DNA of 64,000 nt from Calditrichaceae bacterium. Lineage in GTDB: Bacteria; Calditrichota; Calditrichia; Calditrichales; JBFXGD01. A program made the translations under genes and the position numbers. Below are positions 32,838 to 43,217 of this stretch, in pieces (the stretch's first letter is position 1; every line of letters begins with the position of its first letter). The stretch covers positions 1 through 64,000 of the forward strand of contig JBFXLE010000020.1 in assembly GCA_050173015.1 (NCBI GenBank), written 5' to 3'. The notes below the pieces were generated by a model, which searched no databases, had not been told where the DNA came from, and saw only the letters and a program-made list of their open reading frames with translations.

Positions 32838-33518
32838 ATGGAACATTATATTAATAATTTATTGTTTACGTATTTTCCGCATATTTCGATGGCGGTTTTT
32901 TGGTTCGGGCTTATCACGCGTTTTGTAAAAACTTCCCGCACTATTCAGGCGCAGTCAAATCAGTTTCTGGCTGAAGACGGGTTAAGATGGGGGAGTAATT
33001 TCTTTCATTATGGGATTATTCTGGTCTTTTTTGGTCATTTCTCGGGATTGCTAACACCGGAAAAATGGTATCATCTGGTTATGACCACCGAAGTTAAACG
33101 CATATTAGCTGTCAGCCTCGGATCGGTTTTTGGCGGAATGACTCTTATAGGCATTATCATTCTGATTGTGCGAAGATTCCGGAATGAACGAATCAGGATA
33201 AACAGTTCTCCGCAGGATTATTTTATCATATTTCTCCTGCTGTTCGAAGTTGTCCTGGGAATGGGATCTATCAGCAGGACAATTGTTTCACCGGTAGAAA
33301 ATTATGCCGCTTTGGGTGAATGGGCGCAGATGGTGGTTACTTTTCAGCCGAATGCCGGCGCCGTGCTGGCAGATCTCAGTATAGTCTATAAATTGCACAT
33401 CTTTGTCGGCATGCTGATTTTTATTATCTTTCCATACACAAAACTGATGCATATTTTAGTCGTACCGTTACAGTACTTTATCCGGACAGGATATCAATTG
33501 GTAAGGAAAAGTCAATAG
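32838..33518 (+). CDS. narI: nitrate reductase gamma subunit (cytochrome b)
   Basis: FHYGI...GH, KLH...FPYTKLMH heme ligands. Confidence 0.93.
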   Translation: MEHYINNLLFTYFPHISMAVFWFGLITRFVKTSRTIQAQSNQFLAEDGLRWGSNFFHYGIILVFFGHFSGLLTPEKWYHLVMTTEVKRILAVSLGSVFGGMTLIGIIILIVRRFRNERIRINSSPQDYFIIFLLLFEVVLGMGSISRTIVSPVENYAALGEWAQMVVTFQPNAGAVLADLSIVYKLHIFVGMLIFIIFPYTKLMHILVVPLQYFIRTGYQLVRKSQ

Positions 33519-33819
33519 GCGAAGAAATTTCCATTTATCAAGTCATGAATAAAGTAAATATGATTATTTTTGCATGAACTTTCCGGAGAATTATCTTAAA
33601 CCATACTCCGACAGGTAGTTGTCCCCGCAATTTTTGCGATTACAAAACTGTTTTTGATTAATGCTGAGTATTCATTTTTTTCATGAATACATCCAAATAT
33701 AAATCCTATGACAGGAATTTTGGTTAGCATACCCGTAGATGTAACATGATTTTAATCATAATGAATAGCATTTTTAACGAAGCCTTAATATATTTGGTTT
33801 AAAAGCGATGAGGAATAAA

Positions 33820-34167
33820 ATGATTAAACTTTACGGTGTGCCTACCTGTACTCAAATCAGAAAAACTAAAGCCTTATTCGATCAGCACAGCATTCCATTT
33901 GAATTTATTAATGTTAAAAAGGATCCTGTTTCCGAAGAGAAACTGGATAAAATCATTGCCCAGGCGGGCCTCGATCTGGTCCTGAATAAAAAAGGTACCA
34001 CTTACAGAAAACTCGGGCTGGGCAAAATGAATTTGAATGAACGGGAATTGATTGAGTGGCTGCTTAAGGAACAAAGTATGATCAAACGGCCGTTGATCGA
34101 AAAGGAAGGCCGTTTTATGATCGGGTATGATGAACAGGCGATTCTGAGTTTTGTTAAGAATAAATAA
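33820..34167 (+). CDS. ArsC/Spx/YffB family protein
   Basis: LYGVPTC..IRK, NKKGTTYRKL, IKRPLI. Confidence 0.85.
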   Translation: MIKLYGVPTCTQIRKTKALFDQHSIPFEFINVKKDPVSEEKLDKIIAQAGLDLVLNKKGTTYRKLGLGKMNLNERELIEWLLKEQSMIKRPLIEKEGRFMIGYDEQAILSFVKNK

Positions 34168-34182
34168 AACGGGGGCAAATAT

Positions 34183-35460
34183 ATGACCAATCTAACAGCC
34201 GTTATATTAGGAGGAGGCAGAGGCACCCGGCTTGATCCTCTAACCGGGGTAAGGGCAAAACCCGCTGTGCCGATTGCCGGGAAATTCCGTTTGATAGATA
34301 TCCCGATCAGTAATTGCCTGCACTCGGGTGTGCGTAACATATTTGTATTGACACAATTTAACACAGAATCACTGCATCGTCACATTTATAACGCTTACCG
34401 TTTTGATAACTTCAGCCAGGGTTCTATCCGTATTCTCGCCGCGCAGCAGACCAGCGATACGCAGGATTGGTATCAGGGAACAGCTGACGCTGTCAGAAAA
34501 AATCTACGCTATCTTGAAGATGCCGCTGATCATATTATCATACTTTCAGGAGATCATCTGTATCGAATGGACTATCGTGAGTTTTTCGAACACCACCTTG
34601 AATCGAATGCGGATATTTCGATCGCGGTTAAACCGATTGAAGAGAATGAAGCCTCTGAATTCGGAGTTTTAAAGGTGGATAAAGAAGGATATATTACTGA
34701 TTTTTATGAAAAGCCTAAAACGAAGGATGTCCTTGATAAATACCAAATTGAAGAAGATACTTTTAAGATATTTGATATAGATCCCAAAGGCCGCCGGCAT
34801 GTGGCATCGATGGGGATTTATATATTTAAAAAAGAAGTGTTGATCAATCTTTTAAGCAACAACGAAGATGAGGATTTTGGAAAAGAAGTTATTCCGTCGA
34901 GCCTAAATGATTACAAGGTTATCTCCTATTTTTTTGAAGGATACTGGGAGGACATCGGTACCGTTCAGGCTTTTTTTAACGCGCATATGGACTTAACCCA
35001 GCCCATCCCGAAATTCAATTTTTACGATGAAAGCTATCCATTTTACAGCAGGCCAAGATATTTGCCGGCATCAAAGATCAACAATTGTCATATTAATCAG
35101 TCCATTGTTTCAGAAGGGTCAATTATTCTGGGTTCCATCATTGAACAGGCGGTGATTGGTATTCGCTCTTTTATTGATGAGGGTACACTGATTCAGCGGG
35201 CGATCGTCATGGGTAACAGTTTTTATGAAACAATTCAGGACCGTGAAACGAACTTAAATCAAGTTAAGCCAAATCTAGGTATCGGCCGTAACTGTGTCAT
35301 TAAGAATGCCATTATTGATATGGATTGTTATATCGGAAATAACGTCCAGTTAATAAATAAGGACAGCCAAAATGAAGTTTTTACGGATTCCTATGCGATT
35401 CGCGACGGCATTATAATTATTCCAAAGGGAACGGTGATCCCCAATAACACCATAATATAA
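34183..35460 (+). CDS. glgC: glucose-1-phosphate adenylyltransferase
   Basis: GGGRGTRL, RAKPAVP, WYQGTADAV, DFGKEVIP, YWEDIGT. Confidence 0.95.
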   Translation: MTNLTAVILGGGRGTRLDPLTGVRAKPAVPIAGKFRLIDIPISNCLHSGVRNIFVLTQFNTESLHRHIYNAYRFDNFSQGSIRILAAQQTSDTQDWYQGTADAVRKNLRYLEDAADHIIILSGDHLYRMDYREFFEHHLESNADISIAVKPIEENEASEFGVLKVDKEGYITDFYEKPKTKDVLDKYQIEEDTFKIFDIDPKGRRHVASMGIYIFKKEVLINLLSNNEDEDFGKEVIPSSLNDYKVISYFFEGYWEDIGTVQAFFNAHMDLTQPIPKFNFYDESYPFYSRPRYLPASKINNCHINQSIVSEGSIILGSIIEQAVIGIRSFIDEGTLIQRAIVMGNSFYETIQDRETNLNQVKPNLGIGRNCVIKNAIIDMDCYIGNNVQLINKDSQNEVFTDSYAIRDGIIIIPKGTVIPNNTII

Positions 35461-35502
35461 TCACGATTATTCGGGACAGGAAGTCTAAACAGCTCTGGGC
35501 TT

Positions 35503-37338
35503 ATGAGTAAAAAATATGTCTTCTTCAAATTATTTAACGATCTTGACGACCCGTTCGAAATCGAACAACTCTCATTTTTAGAAATTGAATCCTTATTTGA
35601 AAAGCCAAAACCTCTGGCAAATGTCTTCGAACTGCTGAATTATCAGGATCTCAGGCATCTGATTTTGCGGGAACCAAATTTACAACAGTACCTGACGGAT
35701 TCGATCTCTTCATTCGGGCGGCATGGATATCTGTGGGTTGGGGACCAAATATCCCGTCTTCCCGATGCCATTTTAAGGTTGGGATTAACAAAAGAGATCA
35801 TATTAATTCAGCATATTGCCGACCCTGTTCCATTATTTCTCCGCGCGAAGTTTAAAAATTTTCCGTTTAGTGAAACCGGTACAAATGAATGGAGAATTTA
35901 CCGCTTCCCGACTTTCCAATATCTGCTGGAAAGAGTTGATTATATTTCGGCGATAAGTAAAAATGAATCAGACGTGGATAAATACACTAAGTTTCTGGAT
36001 GAACACTTTAAGCCCGGTTTTCCCGCTCCGGGTGTGAAGACTTATCTGGCGAATCATGAAATCCTTAATGCGAATAGCGGCGGATTTTCACTGGTTGGAA
36101 CGGATATGCGGGCCTATTCCGACCGCAGTAAAACCGTTTGGATGCGTTCTGTAATTAACTATATGCTACCCGATATTAACAAAGTCCTGTTTAATCCGTT
36201 TTGCGGAACCGGCAGAATCCTCGCGGAGGGGCTTCTTTCTGAACAATCGGTATTCGGCGTAGAACTAAATCCGCTATCCGGCCTTTTTTCAGAAAGCACA
36301 ATTCACAGTTTTGATTTTGAGCCGGCTATCTACAAGAAGGCTATTTCAGAAATATTATCGCAAATACACCTGTTGATTTCCAGTAAGCCCGTTGCGCAAA
36401 CCGATTTGTTTCTGGACAGGATTGAATCACGCTTTATGCCTTTCTGGAGAACTGAAAAGGAACGCCTGAAAAATCAAAAAACGCGTATTATTTCTGATGA
36501 AATATTAAAATATATTTTAGCAGCCAGGTTTTTAATTGAATCAAAATATATCACACGGTCTCATTCGATTAATTCGTTTTTGATGACGGCTCTCTCGATT
36601 TGCATATCTAATTTTTTGAGAAAAAAACAGCAAAGGAATTTTATGTCCTTTTATTCATCTCACCTGCGCGAGCTGTTTCTCAAACATTATGCATTCTATC
36701 GCCTTAAACAGATTCTCTCACCGGAAACCGGTCCGGGTGAAGTGTATAACAGAGATTTGCTCACCATGTCGGTTCTTGAATCAAACAGCGCCGATGCCTC
36801 AATTGCCTGGCTCCCGTCCGGTATAAAGAAGGCCGGTTTTGGCAATGACAATCTTCCCGTACGCTTGCTAAATCTCCATGGCTTATCGGGTGAATTGGAG
36901 CAAAAATTATTTGGCAAAAGCCTGATTGAGGACGCGGAGTTTAAAAACCTGATGAATCAGATCTTTCAAAAAAATGAACTGTTCGCCCTGCATGGAGAAT
37001 ATGGTCAGGCGATCATCGAAAAATTATTCTATGGCAACAGAAAAGAAGAAGCCGCGGGGCTATTGAAATTATGGGGGAACCATTTAAAAGCCCTCGAACA
37101 AATAAGCCGAATCACCAGAATTAATGCAAAAATATGTCTGATCATAGAAAATGTATACTTTAAAATCGGCCGCCGCTTTGAGTTAATAAGCAATGAGCAA
37201 ATACTGGTTGATCTTGTGGCCCGGCATCAGGAAATCGTCCCGCTCCACCTGGTCAATCATCATAGAAAAACGCTGAAGAAAAAACATTTTGGCCGGCAAA
37301 TGAGCGCTGGAATCTTTATTTTTGAAAAACATCTCTGA
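35503..37338 (+). CDS. hypothetical protein with SAM-dependent methyltransferase-like fold
   Basis: FNPFCGTGR..EG...GVELNP resembles MTase motifs I/II. Confidence 0.5.
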   Translation: MSKKYVFFKLFNDLDDPFEIEQLSFLEIESLFEKPKPLANVFELLNYQDLRHLILREPNLQQYLTDSISSFGRHGYLWVGDQISRLPDAILRLGLTKEIILIQHIADPVPLFLRAKFKNFPFSETGTNEWRIYRFPTFQYLLERVDYISAISKNESDVDKYTKFLDEHFKPGFPAPGVKTYLANHEILNANSGGFSLVGTDMRAYSDRSKTVWMRSVINYMLPDINKVLFNPFCGTGRILAEGLLSEQSVFGVELNPLSGLFSESTIHSFDFEPAIYKKAISEILSQIHLLISSKPVAQTDLFLDRIESRFMPFWRTEKERLKNQKTRIISDEILKYILAARFLIESKYITRSHSINSFLMTALSICISNFLRKKQQRNFMSFYSSHLRELFLKHYAFYRLKQILSPETGPGEVYNRDLLTMSVLESNSADASIAWLPSGIKKAGFGNDNLPVRLLNLHGLSGELEQKLFGKSLIEDAEFKNLMNQIFQKNELFALHGEYGQAIIEKLFYGNRKEEAAGLLKLWGNHLKALEQISRITRINAKICLIIENVYFKIGRRFELISNEQILVDLVARHQEIVPLHLVNHHRKTLKKKHFGRQMSAGIFIFEKHL

Positions 37339-37416
37339 TGCAGATTGTGAGTTTATCCTTAGACCATTTCAAAGGACATTCCTGTTCGCAAAATTATCAT
37401 CACCTACCGAAGATGT

Positions 37417-37761
37417 TCATATTTTATTCAATTCTTCCACCGCGGAATCCACTGAATCATGAAAAACAAATACATTAATGAGCTGGGTCATGATAAAGAC
37501 ACTCCTTGTTTTCTCACTCAGTCCAACAAGCCGCAAATGGCCGTTTGCCTTGTTTAATGTTGTCAGGCATTTCATAATCATTCCCATGCCCATACTGTTG
37601 ATCCAGTTCAGATGTGTAAGATCAAAAACAACCCGAATGACCCCATCCTGTATAAGCAAACATACTTCATTATAAAGCTCTTTTGTCTCCGGCGAACCCA
37701 TCAGCTTTCCCCTTAACGACAAAACAGCAACTTTCTGGTACATACTTTCTTTGATTTTCAT
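37417..37761 (-). CDS. STAS domain anti-sigma factor antagonist
   Basis: LRGKLMG, DLTHLNWINSMGMG phospho-Ser motif. Confidence 0.88.
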   Translation of the reverse strand: MKIKESMYQKVAVLSLRGKLMGSPETKELYNEVCLLIQDGVIRVVFDLTHLNWINSMGMGMIMKCLTTLNKANGHLRLVGLSEKTRSVFIMTQLINVFVFHDSVDSAVEELNKI

Positions 37762-37986
37762 TGTAGATCCATTTTTAAGCGTTCTCATATCGTTTTACAT
37801 TGAATTGTTCAGAAAACTAACAGATTGATCTGTCCGATACAATAAATAGATAATTTTATCCGGAAAATTTATCAAATTTACCAAATAATGTAGTGCAATT
37901 TGTCCATTTGTCCGAAAATTGTAAAGTGATTTAAGGAATAACTCGATAGTTAATATAGGTTGAATGTGCCGATTGCATATAATTTA

Positions 37987-38002
37987 TGTGATCGTAATCA
38001 CC
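37987..38002. promoter_or_regulatory. CRP/FNR-family-like site
   Basis: TGTGA-TCGTAA-TCACC upstream of the STAS gene. Confidence 0.35.
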
Positions 38003-38364
38003 CGGTTTTTGTATCGTAGGTCACTGATTTAGTTCAACTTAATCGTTATACTTGGAACAAAAAGAAATATAAAACCGTTCTAACCGGTAATTTGAAAGTA
38101 GAACCAGCATAGAGAGGCAAAAGATGAAATTAAAGCTAAAAATCAAAATTAAGTCTAAGTTATTTATATTTAATACAGAGACCGCGCGGGAATCAGCGCA
38201 TCAATACGACCGGCATACAAACGTTTCCCGTATGCATACTAATGTTTACCGTAACCTGCCATCACATACCGCTATAGATAAAATTTCACTTGCCTCATAA
38301 TTAAATTTTTATATCCCCCCGTTTATTGGCTTTGTCCGGTCTGCTCTAAGCAGTGGAGCTAAAA

Positions 38365-39417
38365 TTATTCGCTCTTTTCAAAAGATTTAATCCTGATGAT
38401 GTCGCGAATCCTGTTGAATGCGGCCTCAGGGGTTATCCCAAATGATGGATCAAACGGACCCGGAGCTTTGTTCGCGCTTTGAATATGGTAATGATCGCTA
38501 AAAACTGAGGCGGGAGACCAGACATCTGTCTTTGTATATCCGAAAATAGCCAGTGTAGGGGTCTTTAAAGCCACCGATAAATGATTAAGGCCCCCGTCAT
38601 TACAGATGAGCAGGGCGCTTTTGGAAATTAAAGCCGCGGCCTGATTAAAGTCGGTTTTTGGAGCGGTAACAGGCCGGTTTTGCATCCGGCGCGTTATTTT
38701 GTCCATAACATCCTTTTCCGAAGGTCCCCAGAGAAGAATCACCTTATAATCCGTATGGCTAATAATAAGATCGGCCAGCCCCGCAAACCCTTCCTCATGC
38801 CATCTCTTGCTCCAAACCGGACTTCCGGGCGAAATACAGATAAATTCACCTTTAGGGATTTTTTCATTCGCCAGCCATCGATCGATGTATAAATGGGATT
38901 CTTCCCTAATATGAAAAAACAGATCATAAGGCTGTTCGGAAATACCCAGTGGAGCGAGGATATCAAATTTTCTTGAGCCATTATACCGGACAGGTCCCCT
39001 GGAAGCCTTCAGGTTGTATGTAAATTTCCAGTCGGCGTCTGCCCAGCCCAGCCGGTACTTTGCTTTACTGAAAAGAACCGCCTGTCCTGAACCCGGATTA
39101 TTTTGTTGGTCAATAATCAGATCATATTTCCTGCGTCTGATGTCAAGAAAAAGCTTTATTCTGGAAAGGACTTGTCTGATGCCTTTTTCCGCTTTTTCGG
39201 TTATGATATCATTCAGATACTTATTGTTAAATAATACCTGATCATATGGTTTGCGCGCCAGAAAATCAATTTTCGCGGCCGGGAATTTTTCACTCAGCGC
39301 CTTGAGATATGTGGTAGAAAGGATGACATCTCCAAAGGGCTGAAACTGGATTATTAATATTTTTTTTATCCCCGCCGGGTTAATCCGCCCGGCTGACACT
39401 TTATTTGTAATCAACAT
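38365..39417 (-). CDS. glycosyltransferase family 9 (heptosyltransferase-like)
   Basis: GDVILST, KRW...FA.LA, NDGGLNHLS.AL.TPT.AIFG; start uncertain. Confidence 0.88.
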   Translation of the reverse strand: MLITNKVSAGRINPAGIKKILIIQFQPFGDVILSTTYLKALSEKFPAAKIDFLARKPYDQVLFNNKYLNDIITEKAEKGIRQVLSRIKLFLDIRRRKYDLIIDQQNNPGSGQAVLFSKAKYRLGWADADWKFTYNLKASRGPVRYNGSRKFDILAPLGISEQPYDLFFHIREESHLYIDRWLANEKIPKGEFICISPGSPVWSKRWHEEGFAGLADLIISHTDYKVILLWGPSEKDVMDKITRRMQNRPVTAPKTDFNQAAALISKSALLICNDGGLNHLSVALKTPTLAIFGYTKTDVWSPASVFSDHYHIQSANKAPGPFDPSFGITPEAAFNRIRDIIRIKSFEKSE

Positions 39418-39778
39418 ATTGCTTTTCTTCGGTCAGCTCTGAGTTAAATTTACGGTTAATAGCGTTTTTAATTTTGGCGCGCTCATCATTGGTAAAGTAT
39501 ACCTTTCTGGCAAGCTGTATAAATTCTTCGTCAAAATCTTTGTTTCTTTCTTTAATTCTTATCGCATCCTCCACATCCCAGAGAATCAAATTGACGCTTT
39601 TGAGATTTTTAAATTCTTCGGAATCCGGAGTAAGACCGGTCAATTTCATCGCTTTTTCCAGAATCTGGTATTCAGCGGTTATATTATTCAATTTACCGGG
39701 ATCAATTATTTTTTCTTTTTTTATGGATAATATCGACAGCTTATCAACAAGCTCGCCGATGGAAATATCGACTTTCAT
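39401..39778 (-). CDS. DUF6165-like protein
   Basis: S.GELVDKLSILSIK, VN..LWDVED.IR, LARKVY.TND.R..IK..IN, EEKQY. Confidence 0.8.
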   Translation of the reverse strand: MKVDISIGELVDKLSILSIKKEKIIDPGKLNNITAEYQILEKAMKLTGLTPDSEEFKNLKSVNLILWDVEDAIRIKERNKDFDEEFIQLARKVYFTNDERAKIKNAINRKFNSELTEEKQYVDYK

Positions 39779-40040
39779 TTTCCCCTCAAGGTTTGATTGG
39801 TATGATCGTGTTTAAAGAAATTATGTTATAAAAAATAAATACAGATTATTATTCACTTATACCCGGAACCGGAAAAAAGTTCCAACAAAAAATATAACGG
39901 TTGTAAAATAGTCCACTTTTTAAAAATAATGCGATGTGTCAATCTATATGCAGGATCAAGCGCCGAAATTAAGAGATTGTAGCAAATAATAAACTATAGA
40001 TGTCCTAACTTATTAATTTGACATGGTTTATTTTTGATAA

Positions 40041-41537
40041 CTAAAATTCTTCCTCATCCAGTTCCGTTTTCTGAAATAAATTAATCAAATACTGCCGGGC
40101 ATTTAATTGAGATTTATTATACTCTTTATTAATTTGAGCATCCGGTTTCAGTCTCCACTCAGCTGTCAGCTTTTCGAGGGATTCAAAAAATTGCCATTTA
40201 TAAAGGTAACGCTCATTTTCCAGTCGTTTGAGCGCATCAAACTGCGCGTCAGAAAATAAATTCCGGTCTAAGCTCTTATCAATGACCACCGGATCAATAA
40301 ATAATGGTAAAATTTCAGAAGCGTCAATAACTTCTCTGATTTGTCCGCTGTTCAATTTTGTTTGTCTTTTAAGCGTTGAGGACAATTTCATGGAGTTATG
40401 ATATATTCTTCCTTCCAGTTTCAGCAGATTAAGGTCATCAATCCCTTTGGTCTGAAGTGAGGCAATCACTTCACCGGTAATGACATACTCAGTTTTACGG
40501 CTTACCTGCTGATCAAAAACATTTTGTAAAAAGAAAAGAGCGATAAAAGTAATAATGCCTGAAATAATCGGTGTGGTAACCCAGCCGGTGGCGATTTCAC
40601 CGAGAACATTGTACCGAACGCTTTTTCCGCCTTTCATCAAACCAATACCTATGATAGCACCGACCACAGCCTGAGTGCTTGAAACCGGAACCAGCGGTAT
40701 GGCCGGTAATCCCTGATGAAGGAGCCAGGATTCCAATTGTTCGGAGGAAAAAAGAAACAGGACAAGCGCCTGAGAAAGGACGACAACCAGAGCCGAAACC
40801 GGTGACAACCTGAATAAATTTTTCCCCACGGTGGACATAACTCTTCGTGAATAGGTGAATATACCCACCGCGATGGCCAGTCCGCCCAGAAAAAATAATT
40901 GTTGCGCGCTTGACAGTGTAAAGAGTCCATAAACATCCATCGTTTCGAACGGAGTCACCGGGACAAAAACCCCCATCACATTGGCGATATTATTCGCGCC
41001 AAGGCTATAAGCTCCAAAGGCCCCGGCAATGCCCAAGGAAATCCGCAAATAATGATCACTGCTCAACATATGAAAATGCAGATTGTTTAGGATGAGTTTT
41101 AAAAGACTGAACAGCAGAATTGCAAATATGGCCGCGAGGACGGGGCAGAGAAACCAGGTTAACACGATTTTTGCAAGGGAGTCATAATCTGTAACTGAAT
41201 GAGTGAAGAAGTTCCATCCCACGATTCCGCCCACGATAGCCTGGGATGTTGATACCGGTACTTTAAGCCGGGTCATTAGGAAGACGGTCAACCCGGAAGC
41301 AAGCGCTACCATAAATGAACCCGCGATCGCGTTAACAGCGCCTAACTTTCCAAGAGTATATGCCGCTCCCGAGCCGCCGATGACCGCCCCAAGGATCACA
41401 AAAACACTCGCGATCAGCGCCGCGGTTTTAAAACGAATCATTTTGGTTCCGACGGCTGTCCCGAAAACATTAGCCGCGTCATTGGCGCCCAGTGACCAGC
41501 CAAGGAACAGTCCGCTCGTAAGAAAAAGAAAGATCAT
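40041..41537 (-). CDS. PiT family inorganic phosphate transporter with C-terminal extension
   Basis: GANDAAN and GANNIAN signature repeats, PVSTSQ/PVSSTQ. Confidence 0.9.
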   Translation of the reverse strand: MIFLFLTSGLFLGWSLGANDAANVFGTAVGTKMIRFKTAALIASVFVILGAVIGGSGAAYTLGKLGAVNAIAGSFMVALASGLTVFLMTRLKVPVSTSQAIVGGIVGWNFFTHSVTDYDSLAKIVLTWFLCPVLAAIFAILLFSLLKLILNNLHFHMLSSDHYLRISLGIAGAFGAYSLGANNIANVMGVFVPVTPFETMDVYGLFTLSSAQQLFFLGGLAIAVGIFTYSRRVMSTVGKNLFRLSPVSALVVVLSQALVLFLFSSEQLESWLLHQGLPAIPLVPVSSTQAVVGAIIGIGLMKGGKSVRYNVLGEIATGWVTTPIISGIITFIALFFLQNVFDQQVSRKTEYVITGEVIASLQTKGIDDLNLLKLEGRIYHNSMKLSSTLKRQTKLNSGQIREVIDASEILPLFIDPVVIDKSLDRNLFSDAQFDALKRLENERYLYKWQFFESLEKLTAEWRLKPDAQINKEYNKSQLNARQYLINLFQKTELDEEEF

Positions 41538-41552
41538 TCAAATATCCTGAGT

Positions 41553-42200
41553 CTATATCATACGTTTTATGGTGTAGATCGCCAGGCGGTCGGCTACATT
41601 TTCCGCGCGGTCCGCGAGACTGTCCACATGAAGGGCGAAATAACGCAGATGTATTTTCTGGCTCAGATCAATTTCCTGCATCTGGAATATATGGCGTTTG
41701 AGGTGATTTCCGAGTTTATCGGCCTCCTTTTCATAAAAATAAACCTTATGGAGATGGTCTTTTACAGCCCGAAAATCCATAAAAAAAGATCTTGTGGCCT
41801 GGACAACCGATTCGGCTGCCTGCGTGGCCATCTCTGCAAGGTCGGCGAATTCGACGTTTAAAATGGGTGGGATAAACGGGTTTTCCACGGAGAATTGATT
41901 GAGAGTTTCCTTCTCCGTATCAATGACGTTATCCATGGTTTCCAGCAGTCCCAATACATCTCCGCGGTGTTCAGGGATTAAAGAGTGGCTGTACAAATCG
42001 GTTTCGATATTTCTGCGCAGGTTGTCCGCCTCGGCCTCCAACCGGTCAATTGTTTCCATCCGTTGGCTAAAACTATCCTGATTATTATCCAAATAGTTTT
42101 TCAAGCCTTCCTTAAAAACAATTCCACCCTGGCTGACAGCGTCAAGATATTGATCGATTTGGCGTTCGAGAGCTTTTGTAGTTTTAAAAAGTAATGGCAT
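41553..42200 (-). CDS. DUF47/PhoU-like phosphate transport regulator
   Basis: LE.EAD..RR, EKEAD, ADRAE.VAD; adjacent to PiT. Confidence 0.85.
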   Translation of the reverse strand: MPLLFKTTKALERQIDQYLDAVSQGGIVFKEGLKNYLDNNQDSFSQRMETIDRLEAEADNLRRNIETDLYSHSLIPEHRGDVLGLLETMDNVIDTEKETLNQFSVENPFIPPILNVEFADLAEMATQAAESVVQATRSFFMDFRAVKDHLHKVYFYEKEADKLGNHLKRHIFQMQEIDLSQKIHLRYFALHVDSLADRAENVADRLAIYTIKRMI

Positions 42201-42253
42201 AGGCTTCACCTGATAGGTTTACGGAACTCATTTAAATCTATCATAAAAAAAAG

Positions 42254-42724
42254 TTATTTCCAATTTTTATAAGGATTATGTACCAGATTTGAGTTATAGT
42301 AGCGGATATCAGTGGACACCTCTTCTCCAATCCAGCGGGGGAATTTAATGAACTGATTTTCATCATGTAATTCTATTTCGGCCATAATCAGTCCTTGGTT
42401 ATTTCCTTCGAATTCATCGATGGACCACTCCATGCCATCGTGTTCTACTGAATACCTGGTTTTTTCTAAAATGGAATCTTTGCATAAAGTACGGAGTATC
42501 TCCTCGGCATCCGTTTTTGGGATTTCATATTCAAATTCACCGCGTGTTAAACCAATATTTCGGCCCTTAATGGTGATAAAGGCCTTAACACCGGCAACGC
42601 GGACACGAATGGTTTTATCCGGATCAGTGGACAAATATCCCTGACGGTATTTTTTTCCCGGACGCGTTTCCCGCCTCCATGAATCATTTTTAACCAGAAA
42701 TTTGCGTTCTATCTCAACACCCAT
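42254..42724 (-). CDS. CYTH domain protein (triphosphate tunnel metalloenzyme)
   Basis: EIERKFLV, QGYL, RVR, EFEYEIP, AEIEL. Confidence 0.9.
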   Translation of the reverse strand: MGVEIERKFLVKNDSWRRETRPGKKYRQGYLSTDPDKTIRVRVAGVKAFITIKGRNIGLTRGEFEYEIPKTDAEEILRTLCKDSILEKTRYSVEHDGMEWSIDEFEGNNQGLIMAEIELHDENQFIKFPRWIGEEVSTDIRYYNSNLVHNPYKNWK

Positions 42725-43217
42725 TCATGGCATCCTTGTATAAAGAAATTTGAAATTATAAAACAAGATGAGATCAATTTACATCGCGCCCTGTGTAATA
42801 TTCCAATACTATTAAATATAAATTGTTTAAAAAAATTAAAATGATGGTATAATTATAATTTTTACTTAATTGACAACAGAATCCTTAAGAAAAATATTAA
42901 AAATGTTCTATTTTAAACTGAAATGACCCAATTTTAATATATTATCGGGTAATAAAGATAAAATTTATAAGGCGAATCACAAAAACACAGGTATCCGATG
43001 AATATCCGGATAAAATTAAAATTTCAATCAATAATTCATAAAATATAATTTGTAGTAGTTGATCACTAACATATTGGTTAAATTAGCCGAAGGTATCAGT
43101 ATGTTAAGACATTAACAAGAATGTTGAAATGGGTTCTTGACCTTTTAAATAGTAAATATTCAATCGAGTGGGTTTAGAAGTACAGTTTAATTTGGAATTC
43201 AGTGGAGGGTTGAATTC

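Noticed and set aside
42725-43217. AT-rich region as island boundary or replication origin
   Set aside because: No integrase, tRNA, att repeat or DnaA-box cluster; consistent with a divergent promoter region.
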